DNA of 64,000 nt from Octopus vulgaris (lineage: Eukaryota), in assembly GCA_951406725.2 (NCBI GenBank), contig OX597825.1, positions 47,058,001 to 47,122,000 on the forward strand, in the 5' to 3' direction. Each line of letters opens with the position of its first letter. Within the stretch, counting starts at the first letter, position 1. Positions 26,988 through 42,346 of the stretch are shown here, piece after piece. Both the position numbers and the translations under genes were made by a program. Under the pieces are notes generated by a model that worked only from the letters and a program-made list of their open reading frames with translations, was not told the origin of the DNA and ran no database searches.

Positions 26988-27032
26988 GATATAATAATAT
27001 TTCGGAATATAAAAATTCATTCTTCAGATATC
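26988..27032 (-). ncRNA. Minimal type I hammerhead-like motif
   Basis: Minus strand reads gatat-CTGAAGA-atgaat(ttttat)attcc-GAAA-tatt-ATT-atatc. The core is intact and stem I is a perfect 5 bp. Confidence 0.55.
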
Positions 27033-27139
27033 GCTAGGAACTGATCGAGTCACTGGGATGAATGTATATTCAATATTGGGAGATGACTTTTTCTCCAAGT
27101 TTGTTATTCATTACAACACGAATAACTCTGTCAAGGATA

Positions 27140-28540
27140 TTATGCTGACAACCAATAAATTGCAGTTCTTTCAAACCCTTTGGTGCAACTGAATGACAAT
27201 GTCATTTCTTTTCCCAATATTCAAACCCGTATCAGAGACAATCATCTTTACACAATTCCATAAATTGTATTCATGTAAACAGCTGTTATTGCTTTCACAA
27301 CAGTATCGGCTTTTTCCTTTGGTAATTGGAGTGCTTCTAACTTAACTTCACTGTGTTCACTCTTTAAAACTAGCTCATGGCTTTCTTGGTCATCAATACG
27401 TTTAGCACCAAAATGCAATGACCAATTTTCTAAATGTAGCGATTTCTTCATTTTCTTTTTTAGTTTAACAGCTTTGATATTCGATCTGTAAATACCAGAT
27501 TGTGAATGAGTCTCGACATTGATTCTATCTTCAGATAACTGTCGACAACTGTTGCTGTTTTTTGGGTTGATAGCTTGGAAGTTATTACTAACTTGGTTGC
27601 AGTTCCAGTTTTGCTATACTTTCTCTTTGTTTGTGTGGATTCTTCATCTGATTTTCGGACGCTTGATTTTCACTTTCAGTCTCTGCTTCAGATGTTGACG
27701 ATGACACTTGAGTTACTCTGGTTGAAGTTGACATTAAGGACACTTTTCTTCTTTTGGATGGATGGATAGTTTTGGAACTGACTACCTTTCCATTAGCATG
27801 CCCAACCTGTCTCTTGCTTTCAATTTGAAGATAATATAATCTTCTATCCTCATTGCACAGCCATTCACCGCTTTCCTTTGTGATGTCAATAATTCCTTTC
27901 AATGAATCGTATTTTCCTTGTTTTACACATTTATCGTAGGTATTCAGCAGTTTTTCTACTTTTGCTTGTACATTTTGAATTGATAGATATGGGAAATTTA
28001 ATTTCCCCTGGCATAAAAAAGTTGCTTTTTTCGAAATTTCCTTTGTTCTTTCTTTCTTTCCGTTGAAGGAACGGGTAGCGACCGACAATTCGAAGTTTCA
28101 TTGGTATCCTGCAGTTTCCAAAGAATGCTCTTCTAAAGAAACAGGTCTTTTTTCCTATGTGAGTCTCGAAATTGCACGAGATTCTTCATCCAGATTTTTT
28201 TGTTTCTTTGATTGACACAAGCACTTCGCTTATGAAACATTATTTCATATACTCTAGTTGGATAAGCCTACTGTTCTGAAAAACAGTTAATATAGTCAGA
28301 ATTCTTAATGTCACAGAAATGAAAAGGAGAGGATACTTCCTAAAGTAGGGCCTAGGTGATAACAAATTAAAAACTCTATTACTCCTAAACTACTTAAACT
28401 TGAAAGCTGAAATTTGAGATATACTGCTTCTGCATTGATTTAAGCCAGCACACCAAGTTTAGTAAAAACGTGAGTGGGCATTATGAACGCCTCGCTAGAA
28501 TTTTGCATGATTTGGGTCAAAATTGATGGTAGATTTCTTG
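27140..28540 (-). mobile_element. Degenerate DDE DNA transposon, possibly Sola2-like
   Basis: WSLHFGAK..LVLK..EVKLEAL.L..KA.TV..., then KMIVSDT...GKRN.IV.QL..QFIGCQHNILDR, resemble the LHxDGK / DTT..NTG / CxHH blocks; many frameshifts. Confidence 0.5.
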
Positions 28541-28582
28541 AGTTAGGAGTGATGTTTTTTTATAAAAAAACTGAAAATATAC

Positions 28583-28657
<75 letters not shown>

Positions 28658-28671
28658 TATTATATATATAC

Positions 28672-28713
<42 letters not shown>

Positions 28714-28847
28714 GTATATATACGTATATATACATACTGTGAAAATTATAAGGGTAGAAAATATTGAAAATTTTTTATACCGGTTGTTATCATGCATAGT
28801 AAATATCAATAGACAACATATTTTAATATATAAAAGTATTCCTACAC

Positions 28848-28910
28848 AGAGGCGACCCTTTACAGAACGCCCTCTCTAGCATGTAAGGCGTCCTGTAAAG
28901 GGTCGCCTCT
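28848..28910. repeat. GC-rich hairpin (24-bp stem) inside a TA-flanked AT-rich unit
   Basis: agaggcgaccctttacag.acgcc / ggcgt.ctgtaaagggtcgcctct. Confidence 0.85.
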
Positions 28911-28974
28911 CTGTGTATAAATACTGAACACTTTTATATATACGTGTATATATATATATATATATATATCAGAA

Positions 28975-30190
28975 GACACCACACCAACGTAAACTTAGGA
29001 AAATGTTTCATGAGTTGGAAAAGGCCCAGGGAATAATCGTACTAGGTGACAAAACCGGTAATGTTTATATTGTTGACTTTAACCTCTATATAACAATCTT
29101 ATACGTCATGAACTATGCGGTAAATACAGACACGCACAAGCAGATACACTCAGCATAATAAATAGAAAGGGATTAGTAATAGTAAATAACTTAAATATAC
29201 ACGATAGAACCGAACCTTATGCACCACGCAAACCTCGAATACAACCAAGAAATCACAAACCAAACTTCCGTATTGCCCTATCTGTTAGATTAATCTGTAC
29301 CTCAAAATCCGAAATTGAGAGGAAACTTGTTAGATTTTGATAATAATTTATGGAACAGATCTCATACTCCAAATGCGTTTGGCATAGCTATGGAATCATT
29401 TGATTCTGCAGAAGTAACTGGCCTTGTAGGAATTTACATTCTATCCCAGATACAATTATATATTCTTGGATTGAATGGAGGGATATATAGAGATGACGCA
29501 TTATTATCCCTACACAAATGTAGCAAAGTACATCACGAAAAGTACAAAAGAATCTCTATTTAAGTTTTTTTAAAATAGTGGAGTCTCCATCACTATAATC
29601 AATGAATACGATAGAGTCAACTTTTTAGATGCTACTTTTGATTTGGATACTGGTCTACATGAACCATTTCATAAACCTAATGAAAACCTAACACATTAGA
29701 AACAACCATGAGTTAGAGAAAACTTGTAATAGACAACAAATCTAAGACCTAGCGCCACAAAATCCAATAGCCATTCCAAGTACCCAGACAAATAGACCTA
29801 ACCGAAAATATAAAAAAACAATTAAGTCCTTTGGTATAACCCAATCTGAAACTCCAACATCTCATCTAAGATTGCGAAACAATTTTTCACCGCACTTGGT
29901 CGCTGCTTCCCAAAAATGGAATATACGGCAAAATATTCAACCGTCACACTATAAAACTATCCTATGCAAATTCATCAAACTTAATGTACCATATTCATAC
30001 AACCGTAAACTCAAGCGGTACGTAAGTCGACTCAAGAAATCTCTAGTAAGACTTTTTATTGATGTACCGGAAGACACCCAGAATGGTTCGAAACATGTGT
30101 TGTACTCAATAAAGTCTATTACACATTCCATCACCTATTTTATTAATACTGTTACCCCAACCGCCACTATGGAGTTGCTACATTAAATCT
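28975..30190 (+). mobile_element. Degenerate, internally deleted Penelope-like RT element
   Basis: GDKTGNVY, HKPNF..VRLI..KSE, IAMESFDSAEV..LVGIYIL, GIYRDD, V.FLD.T.DL, WYNP and IFNRHTIKLSY. Confidence 0.75.
30064..30105 (+). ncRNA. Degenerate minimal hammerhead-like motif at the PLE 3' end
   Basis: gtac-CGGAAGA-cacc(cagaat)ggttc-GAAAC-atgt-GTT-gtac, followed by aataaa; core has U4G. Confidence 0.45.
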
Positions 30191-31185
30191 ACGGATAACA
30201 ACAGGTAATCGAAACTGTGCCGGTGCTTTACTCATCATTGTTTATACATTTTGTACAGTTTCTCCATTTTATATATAGATCATACTGTATGGCGAACTAT
30301 CTTCTGGTCTGCGCTAACCGTGAAGCCTGGCATTTTAAAGTCCACCAAGCAAGACCTTCCTTTGAAGACACCTGCGAGACCATTGTTGCAGACGTGAGAG
30401 AGAGGGGAGAGAGGGGGAGAGAGAGGAGAAAAACAAAGACACTGCAACAAACTCTGATCACCCCCCTCTCCCATAGTGACTGTTTTTTTCATTACAAACA
30501 AGGGGCGCACACAGACGGGGCAATACATGACATGTACATAACAGCTAAAAATTAAAAATATAACTATGAATGACAATGAAAATGATAAATGAAAATGTGC
30601 CACCTACCAAACCTCAACAGCATCATGTTTATCCCATATCTCTGTTCCAGTTCCTCATTCTTGCACCGTCCGCCACCTCCTGTATTACCACCTTCCTATA
30701 TTTAATACCTTCGTGATACTCCCCTATCTCTCTTAACCGACATTCCGGCACTAACACGCTTGTGACTATGCTATCCTTTTCTTTTTCTTTCATATTTATA
30801 AACTTCGTGTCCTTCCATCTTGTTAATTTTTCAACCAATTCCATGTTTACTGCTTTGACTAAAATTCAAGCATAACAAGTGAGAGGTGAGGTTTGTGTTT
30901 TTTTGTGCTTCTTTTTTTTTCTTTGTTGTGTCGGTGGGGAATGGGTAGGATTGGTGTCTGCGGGTAGATGGTTGGGGTTGAGAAGATATGGGTGGGATGG
31001 ATACGGGTTGGGTTTCATATTGACTTTCCTTCTTCCTCTTCCTTCTTCCTTCAGCTACCTTCCATGTTTCATCCTCGTTCGTTTCTATCCTTTTATCACC
31101 ATACACACATTATATACATACACACACACACACATATATTTATGTATATATATATGTGTGTGTGTATGTGTATATACATACATAC

Positions 31186-31246
<61 letters not shown>

Positions 31247-32051
31247 CATATATATATATATATGTATTGATATACAGTATCATTTATTTAGATAGAGAAT
31301 ATGAGAGTAATATCAGAAAATATAAAATGAGGACCTAAATTATTAACTTACTGTTCATATTTAAACTTCTGAAAATATATTTTCCTGAGCAATATATGCC
31401 CCATGCTTATTCTCATCATTTCATATGGATTATCATTTATTTAGAAGCCGCCAAGAAAATTCACTTTGCATAAAGCGAAATAGATAGAAATAGACAACAG
31501 TTTCTATTGAGTAAAAAGGCTATTAAAAGCATTCATCAATCATCAACGCGCTATCAGATCTAATGTGTATGACATCGGATCCGTTGCCTTAATGTCTCAA
31601 ACCCTACTGTTTAGTTGTGATATTTTTTTTTATCGTAGGCGTTTTGTATTAGTTTATTATAATTATCATAATTCATTCTAAAATCATAACTATGCCCAAT
31701 TAATTCAAGATCAGCCTATTTAAGAAATACTTACACAAACATTAGAATTCTATTATTAAGCAGTTCTTTAAATCTTCTACGCTTTATAAATTTCAATCCA
31801 TCAAATATGTCTCTAATCTTTCTGTGTGGCCTTACTGCTGATCTTCATAATTTATTCACACACGAACATCTATGAATAATTACTGCTAATTCCAGCTATT
31901 TTATCCTATATTGTTGTATTTGATGTTAACTGGGCACAAACAAACAAAAAGTTTTTTTTAATGCTCATAGCCGACCTTAACAAGACAATATAACTGAAAA
32001 GATTTCTAATTAAAAGAATAATAGAAAATAGTGAATTATAATGGCTGTATG

Positions 32052-32122
<71 letters not shown>

Positions 32123-32999
32123 ATTCTAATACCGTTGTAACTGAAAGATAATCTGTGATTTAACTGCGATTATTGCTATAACTGTCGCTGCAGAAGTTAT
32201 TTTCGCAAGGAAGAAAATGAATTGTCAATGTTCTAACCTGAACTATACAGCTGTGGCTGCAGAACTCTTTTCTAGCTTTGTTATCTCTTACACTCACTCT
32301 GTAATCACTTCTCTCTCACTGTTTTATTTAGAAACTTACTCTCCCATCTATTTCCAGCTAAGTTTGAGGTGCGAATTTCCTACATTTAAAGTAAAATATA
32401 TATTGATATACTGAAGTAGCCTTTGTTTTATATAAAACGGCGTAATTTATTTGATGTTTCTATAAAGAAAGATGGCAATCTGAATACGGTCCTCAATTAT
32501 GTCAGGGTTTGACAACTTTTACCTCCGAAAAATTGTTTTGTCTTCTATTTACTAAGTTTAAACACCACGAATTCGATTTTGGAATATACCTTTGCTAGTT
32601 GCTTTCTAATCAGTTGACTGTATCGCAATCCAATGCAATGTGCTTAGTTTTTAGCAAAAATAAATCAATTCCACATTCACCCTGAAAGTAAACCATATCC
32701 CAAAATTTAATGAAAGCTCAAGATATCCAGAAAGATAGGAATGAAAATGTGACGAAATATTGTGAGGAATAGTGGCAGGGTTACTAAGTGTTGGATTTCA
32801 TATACTTTTATACGTCTTGCAATGTTCCCTTGAAAATAGCACTTAATTTTGCTTAATCTTTTGACAATGTGGTGCCAAAAATATTACTGGACATTCTTTC
32901 AGACGCATTTTTGGGCCATGGTCAAATTATAATGTTAGGTGAGTAAGAAAATCATGTGGCATTTCAAGATAGGGGAAAAAAAAGAAACAAATGTTTCTA

Positions 33000-33910
33000 T
33001 GCTTTGCTATATCTAATGAAGATATTTCCTCTCATCATTGATAACATAGTCCCATCTATCTGGCAAATTGTTGGTCCCTTGAACGTAAAAATGTTCAGGT
33101 TCCGAACCAAAGAAGCACTCAATATAATTTTTAACCTCTTCACAATTAATAAGGTTGCAATGAGCTACGAAGATGATAGTCGATGGGTGAGGTCAGATGA
33201 GTGCCATAATTAATCTTTATCGGAGTGAAGTGGGCAATATGTGGGCTTGCATTATTGTGTTTCCGCTACAACCTTTTACGACTGACGAATGATGGGTTCT
33301 TTTCCTGCAGATTTTTATGCATTGTTTCTAATTGACAGCAATACTTACCCATATTAATTTTTTCGCTTTGATTTAACACTTCATGACAAGCGACATTCTT
33401 AGGTGCTAACAATTGTATCCGTTGGGTATGATTTTAGAGAACTCATTTTTAAACACTAGTAATGTTTCTACTTAGAAAAGTTTCGGTAGCAAGTGTACTC
33501 TTCAATGATTAGTAGAAGACAACTCTTTGATTAAAATTAAAAGCAGATGGTGAGGGATCCACTGCTCAAATTTAGACACATCTCATAGTTCATGAAGTTG
33601 CTCGATGATGAAATCATGACTTGAGTTGAAATGTTTTGCTCACTCTCTTGCAGTTTACTTTAGGTTTTCCTCAATTTTGGTTTTAGGTGCCTAATATAGT
33701 CGTTCAGATCGAGGGAAATCTGGGAGAAAAAGATTTCTCGAGCGAAACTGGCCAAACCATTGTTCACATAACTGAACAGTTAAAGCTTCAATTTTATAGA
33801 CAACGAAGATTTTTAGTCGCTTCTATTACTGAAGACCCATTTTTAAAATTCATACAACATGCAGTGTCTGTTATAGGTCTGATACAAACTTATTTTAGAA
33901 GGGTGAAATC
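33000..33910 (-). mobile_element. Old mariner transposon remnant
   Basis: Minus translation gives HNNASPH (HDNARPH-like), a decayed SPDLAPSDYHL, and FFGSEPEHFYVQGTNNLPDRWDYVINDERKY, the mariner C-terminus. Confidence 0.7.
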
Positions 33911-36482
33911 GATACGAACTTAACCACTATGGCATAAAATAATCAGCAAAAACAGAAAAAAAATATTAAAATGTAAAATTTAATGATTTCTTATACTGCA
34001 ATTCACGGAAAAGCGCCCCCTCCCAACTGATCATAAAAAAAGGCGACGGAATTTTTTCTACCTAATATAAAATTGTCATAAGAAACCCAGCTAGTTTCTA
34101 GCATGAACAGGCATACATCTTACAGATGAAGGTCACAGCTTCTATATTATCGAAATACTTGATATTCAGCTGATAACTTTTATATATGTATGCAATCGAA
34201 ATATTACATTTTATAATCATGTGTTGAGTAAGGATAATGAATAACATCTAACTAAAATTGCTGAAATATGGGTCAGTAATTCCATACAAAAAAGAAACAT
34301 AATAGATGCTTATGATAAACTATATGCTGTAGTGGGTACAGTAGTGAAGTTAGATTTTAATGATTTAATGATTAGATATAGTGAAAAAGTACCGTTAATT
34401 TACAGACTCACTCTGAGCAATGATCAAATCTCTTCTACAATTATATTCTATCACGCTGTGTCTATAGCAATTAATAAGTGTTACTAATCTCAAAGGATCC
34501 ACTGTAAATAAATTCAAAGTTAGTGGTTATTAACATGTAGGGAGGTTTATCGGGATAACCTGTCGTTACAATAGTTTTTTTAAATATAATATGGACAATT
34601 AAAATGTATATCTTATGTGTAAGGACAACTAATTAATTCATTGAACATAAGTGCATCACGACTCATCTGCTGTATCAAGGGGCAACTAAGTTTATCCTAT
34701 GACAATTGCTCCAGTTTAGGCATAAGGACAGCAATTTTCGAGCCAATCAATCACATCGACTCTCGGAGAGATAAAAGGTAAAATTCACCCCGGTTGTAAA
34801 TGATCTCAGAATGTAAAGAGCTAGAACAAAAACCACAAGACATTTTATTCGACACTTCACTGATTATGGCAGTCCACCGTCCAATATTTGTTCTTGAACT
34901 ACACTGCTATTTTCTGTCACCATTCTCAAGTCAACATAATGTTGATGTGGAAAATATGCCCTGCGCTGTTGAAGAGATAACTTGTAGGTTTATAAGGAAA
35001 GAGCCATGAGCTTTCGGTAAGAATAATGAAAAGAAAAAGTTGTTCCCCATATACAATCGAGGATGAAATTTTAAGCTAGATATTGGAAACAGTCAAAACG
35101 TGAGACGAGTGCAATATTGTATCAATAGAGTAAATCAAAGAGGAAAACGAAAAGAAAATCTATTAAATAAATGTATTTCAAACGTATAAGTCTCCTGAAA
35201 GAGAATCTGGTAAACTGCTTGGCATTACTAGTTTCTCTGGACACTTTTCTTAATGGACAATTACCGTCCAATATCAACAGAAGGGAAATTAGACGAAACC
35301 TAGCTGGAATATCCTATCATTTATATACATTTCTATAAGTTATATTTCTTGAATATAATTAGTTACTCAAACTATCATCGTTATGACATTTTATAAATTG
35401 AGATATAGTTTTAATGTAAGTTGCTGTTTATGATTCTATATTTAGATTGTCATGTTATAATTCACGGAATGCAAGACAATTTACTTTTCTGACATTATAC
35501 ATAGAAAGCACACAACAATACTCAAGAAAATGATTCATATAAATTGCTTTTAGCAAGGTTTTTTTTATACCTATTCTTATTTCCTGTGCTTGATACAAAT
35601 GTTAGGTTGATGAGACATGTGAGAGATGTAATCAAATAAAAGCCGTTAAAAAAACCCAGTTGTTTAAGAACATAGTTTTCTTATGCAGATTATAAGGTTT
35701 TCATTAGTTGACCCCCCATCCCATAACAAATTCCTTATCTCATGCAATACTACATTTGTGTCATTAATTTTCATGTATTTCACACCATATTCTTTAAGTA
35801 AGATAATTGGTTCAAATATTTTTGCATAATGTTTATAAAATAATGATGGAATTTTTTTTCCATTAAACCGTCTCATGTGTCGCTCAACCTGATACACCGA
35901 AGAGCTTTTCTAATGCCATATTTCCTTTTATCTACCGTACAAAAGTGTCTTAATCTACAGCGTATAATTAGATAATTTTTTTTTATTCTTGAATGCTGAC
36001 AGAGAATTAACTCTGAGCAAACACTAAAACAAAATATAATACTTGTTTACTATTATACTTTAAAAATATAATTTTGCTCTAACCATTAAATATTAACGTG
36101 TTTTAGTTTACAAATTGTAACGTGCTATTTCTACAATTAAGGAAGGTCATTCTGTAACACAGCTTCGAATCCTTTCACTTATGATTGTAGGTCTCTAGGG
36201 AAGACATTAATTTGCTCCTTTAAGTACGTTTGCATTTTAATTCATAATGAAAGTACTGTACAATAAATTGGACAGCTGGACCCGGTTCAAACAGTTCAAA
36301 AATCTTTACTATTTTGCATTCAATACCCATTGTGTTAACATTGCTGTTCCTCCTACCGGAAGAATTAACATTTTTGAATAGAAGTCTCGATATGAGATTA
36401 ATATTTGATATTGGATACTGTAAGTTCTCATCTCTCAGGTGATTCACTATATATATATGTGTGTGTGTGTATATATAGTGCG

Positions 36483-36528
<46 letters not shown>

Positions 36529-36566
36529 AATTATTTAACATGCATTAATTACATTAGTCAACCAGG

Positions 36567-38468
36567 AGTTTGTCCCAAGAAAAATTATACCAGTATCTTA
36601 TATGTTTTTGCATGCAGAATTAAAAAAATAACATCAAATTATCTGTACCACTAACAGTTTCTATGTTCCATAATATCCCTCTCAGTTCCTGTTACGTGGG
36701 CTAAATTTCAGTTAAACTGTTGAAATGTGAAAATAACAGTTTAAGAAATGCTCCTAATTTAAATGTTTATGAATAGAATTAACCTAATGAAATCATATAT
36801 CTAGCTATATGAGTCAATGAGTCACCGAAGCTTGGCAACATTGAGTCGATGAGCCACCGATGCTTTATCAGTGCTGTGTTTGAAGTGTAAGCGTGCGATT
36901 GTGTTCATCTTCATAATGCCAAGAAACTGTAATAACATCGCAAATAATTTTTTATATATTTGCGGTGACTTAACATTAAAACCACAAAGACGGCGTTTCA
37001 CACCATTGGTTAAAAAGTGCTATGAGCATTATTTTGACTGCAAAGTGGGTGACCAGGATGAAATCTGGGCTCCTCATGTGTGTTGTGTAACCTGTGTCAG
37101 GCCTCTCACTGCCCTCCCTGTGATTTGGAGAGAGATTGCTACTAGGTATAACATCAAAATCCAAGCATATTGTAAAATATCCTAATTTACAATCTACTAT
37201 GACACCAGTATTTCACAGTCAACACTTACTTGTACCTGACCCTCGAAAACAAATGACACTTACTGACAACGACTCAAGTGATGAAGATGTGGAGAAAGAA
37301 ACAGAAGACATGGACTTTGTGAGCCTAACTGTTCTTCAAGTGAACCACATTTCTTGAGTCAAGGAGAGCTGCTTTATCTTGTGCGGGATTTAAACTTGTC
37401 GAAAAAGCAAGCTGAACTTCTTGGTTCCAGGTTAAAGGGATAGTATCTTCTCCAGAAAGAGACCAAAATAAGTTTTCTGCTGTTCCTCTGGTCCATGCAG
37501 CTAACATGAAGGAAATATGTGAGAGTATGAAATTTCTGATGGAAAAAATTAAGTATGATGAACATAAGTGCAGTATTTGTGGTGACCTAAAAGTTGTGGT
37601 ACTTTTACTTGGAATGCATCTGGGTGAGTGGGATAGTCGGAATAAGAAAAATCATTATGAAAAGAAATGTGTGGCCGAAACGATCTCTGACCCCTGGGCA
37701 GAATGTCATCAATTCTCCTCTTGCAGATTCTTAGGAAATTTATCTGCCTACTTTGCATATTACGTTAGGGTTGAGGAAGAACTTCGACTAAGGCATGGAC
37801 AGAACTAGCAAGGGATTAACGTATTTGAAAACAAAATTTCCAAGTGTAAGTGAAGCAAAAATCAAGGAAGGTATTTTTGTTGGGCCACAGATTAGGGAGC
37901 TGATGAGAGACCGAAAGTTTGATGAAGAGTTCATTGATGCTGAAAAAGCTGTGTAGCTGTCATTTAAGAAAGTTTGTAGAGAGTTTTTTTTAGGGAATCA
38001 CAGAACTGTTCAGACATTATGAAAGAGTTACTGACATTATACAAGGTCTTGGGATGCAACATAAGCTTAAGAATCCACTTCTTGAACTCTCACTTAGACT
38101 TCTTTTCCCCTGCAAATCTTGGGGCTGTCAGTGACGAGCACGACGAGAGGTTTCATAAGGATATTCTGAACATGAAAACCCGGTACTAAGAGAAGTGGAG
38201 CTCTTTTATATTGGCTGGTTATTTGTTGGTCACTAAAAAGGCACGTCTCAGAAGCTAAATACAGTCGAAAATCATACGCCTCTACGTCTTAAAGGTAAGT
38301 TTCTTCGTAATATTAGCCTGATTTTTGAATTCCTGAAATATAATTGTTTAACAATTTACATATTCTCTCAGAGAAAAACTATGACTTATGGAAAAAATCT
38401 GAAACACACACTTGAATTCTGTAGATAAAATGCTATTGAGTTCACCTACTTTTGTTTGTGGGACAGTA
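36567..38468 (+). mobile_element. CMC/Chapaev3-like DNA transposon, near full-length, pseudogenized
   Basis: N.F.YICG, YF.CKVGDQD..WAPHVCC.TC, LVRDLNLSK.QAELLGSRLK, ICGDLKVV.LLLG, KIKEGIFVGPQI, IHFLNSHLDFF and NLGAVSDEH.ERFH.DI. The termini are imperfect (tgtccca.. / ..tgggacag). Confidence 0.75.
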
Positions 38469-38539
38469 TTTTTCATTTATTCTGTTGACCAATTATAATT
38501 GTCAGCCTTATTTCTGCATTAATATAGTACATTTATTAT

Positions 38540-38705
38540 ACGACGGGCTTATTTCAGTTACAGTCTACCAAATCCACTCACAAGGCTTTGGTCGACCCGA
38601 TGTTATTGTAGAAGACATTTGCCCAAGGTGTCACGCAGTGGGACTGAATCTGGAACCATGTGGTTGGTACGAGTAAGCAAGTTTCTTACCACACAGCCAA
38701 TCCTG
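38540..38705 (-). mobile_element. OR-type SINE 5' half
   Basis: Reverse complement of 14948-15100. Confidence 0.75.
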
Positions 38706-38789
38706 CTATTTATATTAACTTTATATATACACATTAGCGAATCGGTAAATCATCCAATAATGTGGATGACGTAAGGATAAATACTTAAT

Positions 38790-39270
38790 CCGACAAGTCT
38801 CATGTCCTCAGTCTTCACCTGGGGTACCACCCAGGTCAAAGGATAGTTTCTTTCTCTTTAAGGACCATGAAGGTATCATGAAACGCTTGACCGAGTACTT
38901 CACAAACCTCTTTGATAATCCTCCAGTTATTCGTGAAAATGTCATCAATAATCTGCCCCTAAAAGATATTGTCCTTGAGATGTGGGACCTTTCCACTAGA
39001 GAAGAGATAAAAAAGAAAAAAAAAACATTAAAGCAATTAATACTACGAAGGTCCCGGGTTTTGCCAATATTCTCATTGAAGTTCCTTTCTACAGAGATGG
39101 CAAGCTTGCTTGAGGAGATCCATCATCTAATATCAGACGTCTAATCGGGTGCTCCTGCCACGCAAGACTGGGTTGACGCTATTCTAATTTCAGAGTTCAA
39201 AGGAAAAGGATCCAAATTCGTGTTCGGAAATTACAAAGGTATAAGCCTCATCGAAGAAGCTGGGGTAATG
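38790..39270 (+). mobile_element. RTE-clade LINE fragment
   Basis: RLTEYFTNLF.NP...EEIKK..LKQL..R.SPG...QDWVDAILI..FKGKG....NYKGISL. Confidence 0.7.
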
Positions 39271-40635
39271 CATCGAACATCGCATAGCTCTAAACCAGGG
39301 TTTTGTCGATTCAACAAAAGCCTACCACACTGTTAGTAGAACCACTTCTGGATTATTCATAGTAAACTTCGATGTCGTCCTGAATTCATCGGCAACTCCA
39401 TAGTGATATGAAACGTCATTTTAACAACAGCGGTTCACTCTTGGAGCCAATTTCCATCGATAACAGGGTTAAATAATGTGATATCTCTGCTCCAAAATAT
39501 TTTCGATGTGCATTGTCTACTATAGATCCGGGCCGACCTGAGCATTGGATGGATTTGGTAGACGGAAACTGACAGGAGCCCGTTGTACATACATACATAC
39601 ATACATACATACATACATACATACATACATACATACATACATACATACTTACATACATACATACATACATATACTGATATATGTGTGTGTGTGTGTGAGG
39701 GAGAGAGTAAGAAAGAAAGAAAAAGAAAAAGAGAGAAAGAAAGAAAGTAAAGGAAAGAGAGAGAGAGAGAAAGGATGAGAAACAATAAGAGAAAGTCTGA
39801 GTGCGTGTGTGTGCGCGCGCACGTGTGTTTGTGTAAAACGAAATACAATATGCAGAGAGTTTGGGTAACTATTCACCATGCATTACATTTAACGCTCTGT
39901 CTCTGCTTATTCACATTTTAGTTGATGCTGTAATTCAGCGCTATAGACAGCTTTTGAGGTGAAGGTTTATCTTTTCGTGATTCCTATCCGCAGAAATAAG
40001 ATATAAACATTCACGAAATGCGCAGTAATGGAAAGAGTCATTGCCACATACACGTGTGTACCCATAAATATTCAATTTCACTTGAAAATTTATTTGGAGA
40101 GTTAGATGTTTTGCCATGCATCTTGGATTTTGAAAATTACTTTTCATAAGGTTGCTACCTTAGGAAAGATGATTTTAAAATATAAAATCCTGTATTTTTT
40201 CTATATTATTAAGCGCAATATTTATTTGCGATCCAATATACCAAGTATTCAGCCAATTTTCTCATGTGTTTTACTATTCTCGTAATTGTTTGAAGGTCTT
40301 TCTTTCAACATAAGGAATTGCATTAAGTTTGCTATATCTTTCTGCAGAAGACGTAATGTTATGAATGGCAGCCTTTCTCCTATATTTTATTTGCCCATAC
40401 CATTTATTTATTTCCATTTCTACACGATCTTTCAGCTCTCTCATATATGTTCTCTTTTTCTGTCTTCCTAGTTTTCATTTAGTTTTAAGGTCTATATCCT
40501 CACGCTCATTTATATTTTTATCGTTGATTTCCATTGATTTTTCTTTCACATGTTTATTTCCCTTCTCATTCACCACTTTGAAACGCTATAATTCTATAGT
40601 CTGTCAGTCATATTCATCTTTCTCTACTTTTCTAT

Positions 40636-40682
<47 letters not shown>

Positions 40683-40836
40683 ATACAAAAATGGGACAAG
40701 AACGCAAAACATCCAGACAGACGATACAAAGAAAATAAGGACGAGTCATTCGGAGTTTTCTATCCTCATACATACTACACAGCCACGCCTGAACCTAAAA
40801 GAGAAGTTGCATCGGCCGGGAATATATATATATACA

Positions 40837-41487
<651 letters not shown>

Positions 41488-42346
41488 TATATATATATAT
41501 ATAATAATAATAATAATAATATTAGGGAGTAAATCCAAACTTACAGGAAAAAATTAGATTTAGGATTAAATCTAATTTTATAGTATAAATATATATTATA
41601 TTATATTATATTATATTAAATTAGAGATAAAACCACTATTAGGCAAATCAAACAGTGAAAATCATAAGCCAATACATAGAAATAAAATTAATAAAAAAAA
41701 TATATAAAATATAAAATATAAAATTCCAAATTAAAATATTTAAATTAAAGTTAAAATTTAAAAACTTATTTAAATTAATAATTTAAACTTATAAATTTTA
41801 AATATATATATATATATTTAAACTTTTATTTATTTATTTATTTATTTTTTTAAAATTATATAACTATCAGAGAGTATTAAAAGTTTAATAAACTTCCTTA
41901 CTTGTATTTCTCTTCCTCTGTTCCATTGTGATACTAAGTGGAGTTTCATTTGGCATGTTGTTAGTGTATTAATCACATACGCTTCCTCGGTCGGAGGTCC
42001 TTGGTTCGCGTTGCTTGAGAAGGGTGTTCTAATTGTTTTGCATAAGTTTGCAAGTTTTTCGGCGATTTCGAAGGTTGTATTTTTCGTGTCGGTTACCTCA
42101 TTTTTTTCTCGATTCGGTTCACGTATCGAGTCGAATTTGTAAAAGAACGTTGACAGGTTGTGTTGATAGTCTTGACTTCTTTTATCGTTTCTTCCTTTAT
42201 GGTAGTTATTGTTGTGTCTGCTTTTGTCGGCATTTTCTCGTGTGGAGGTATATGTAGAAGGTAGAAAAGTAAGACAGGATTTGATATGTATAAGGAAAAT
42301 AAGACAAGGGAGAAAATGCTAAAATAATGTTATCATGAAATGTATT

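Noticed and set aside
40682-40770. pLTR-like end truncated at a tgagga, possibly related in layout to the 48372 motif
   Set aside because: The rest of the motif is absent, so it cannot be evaluated.
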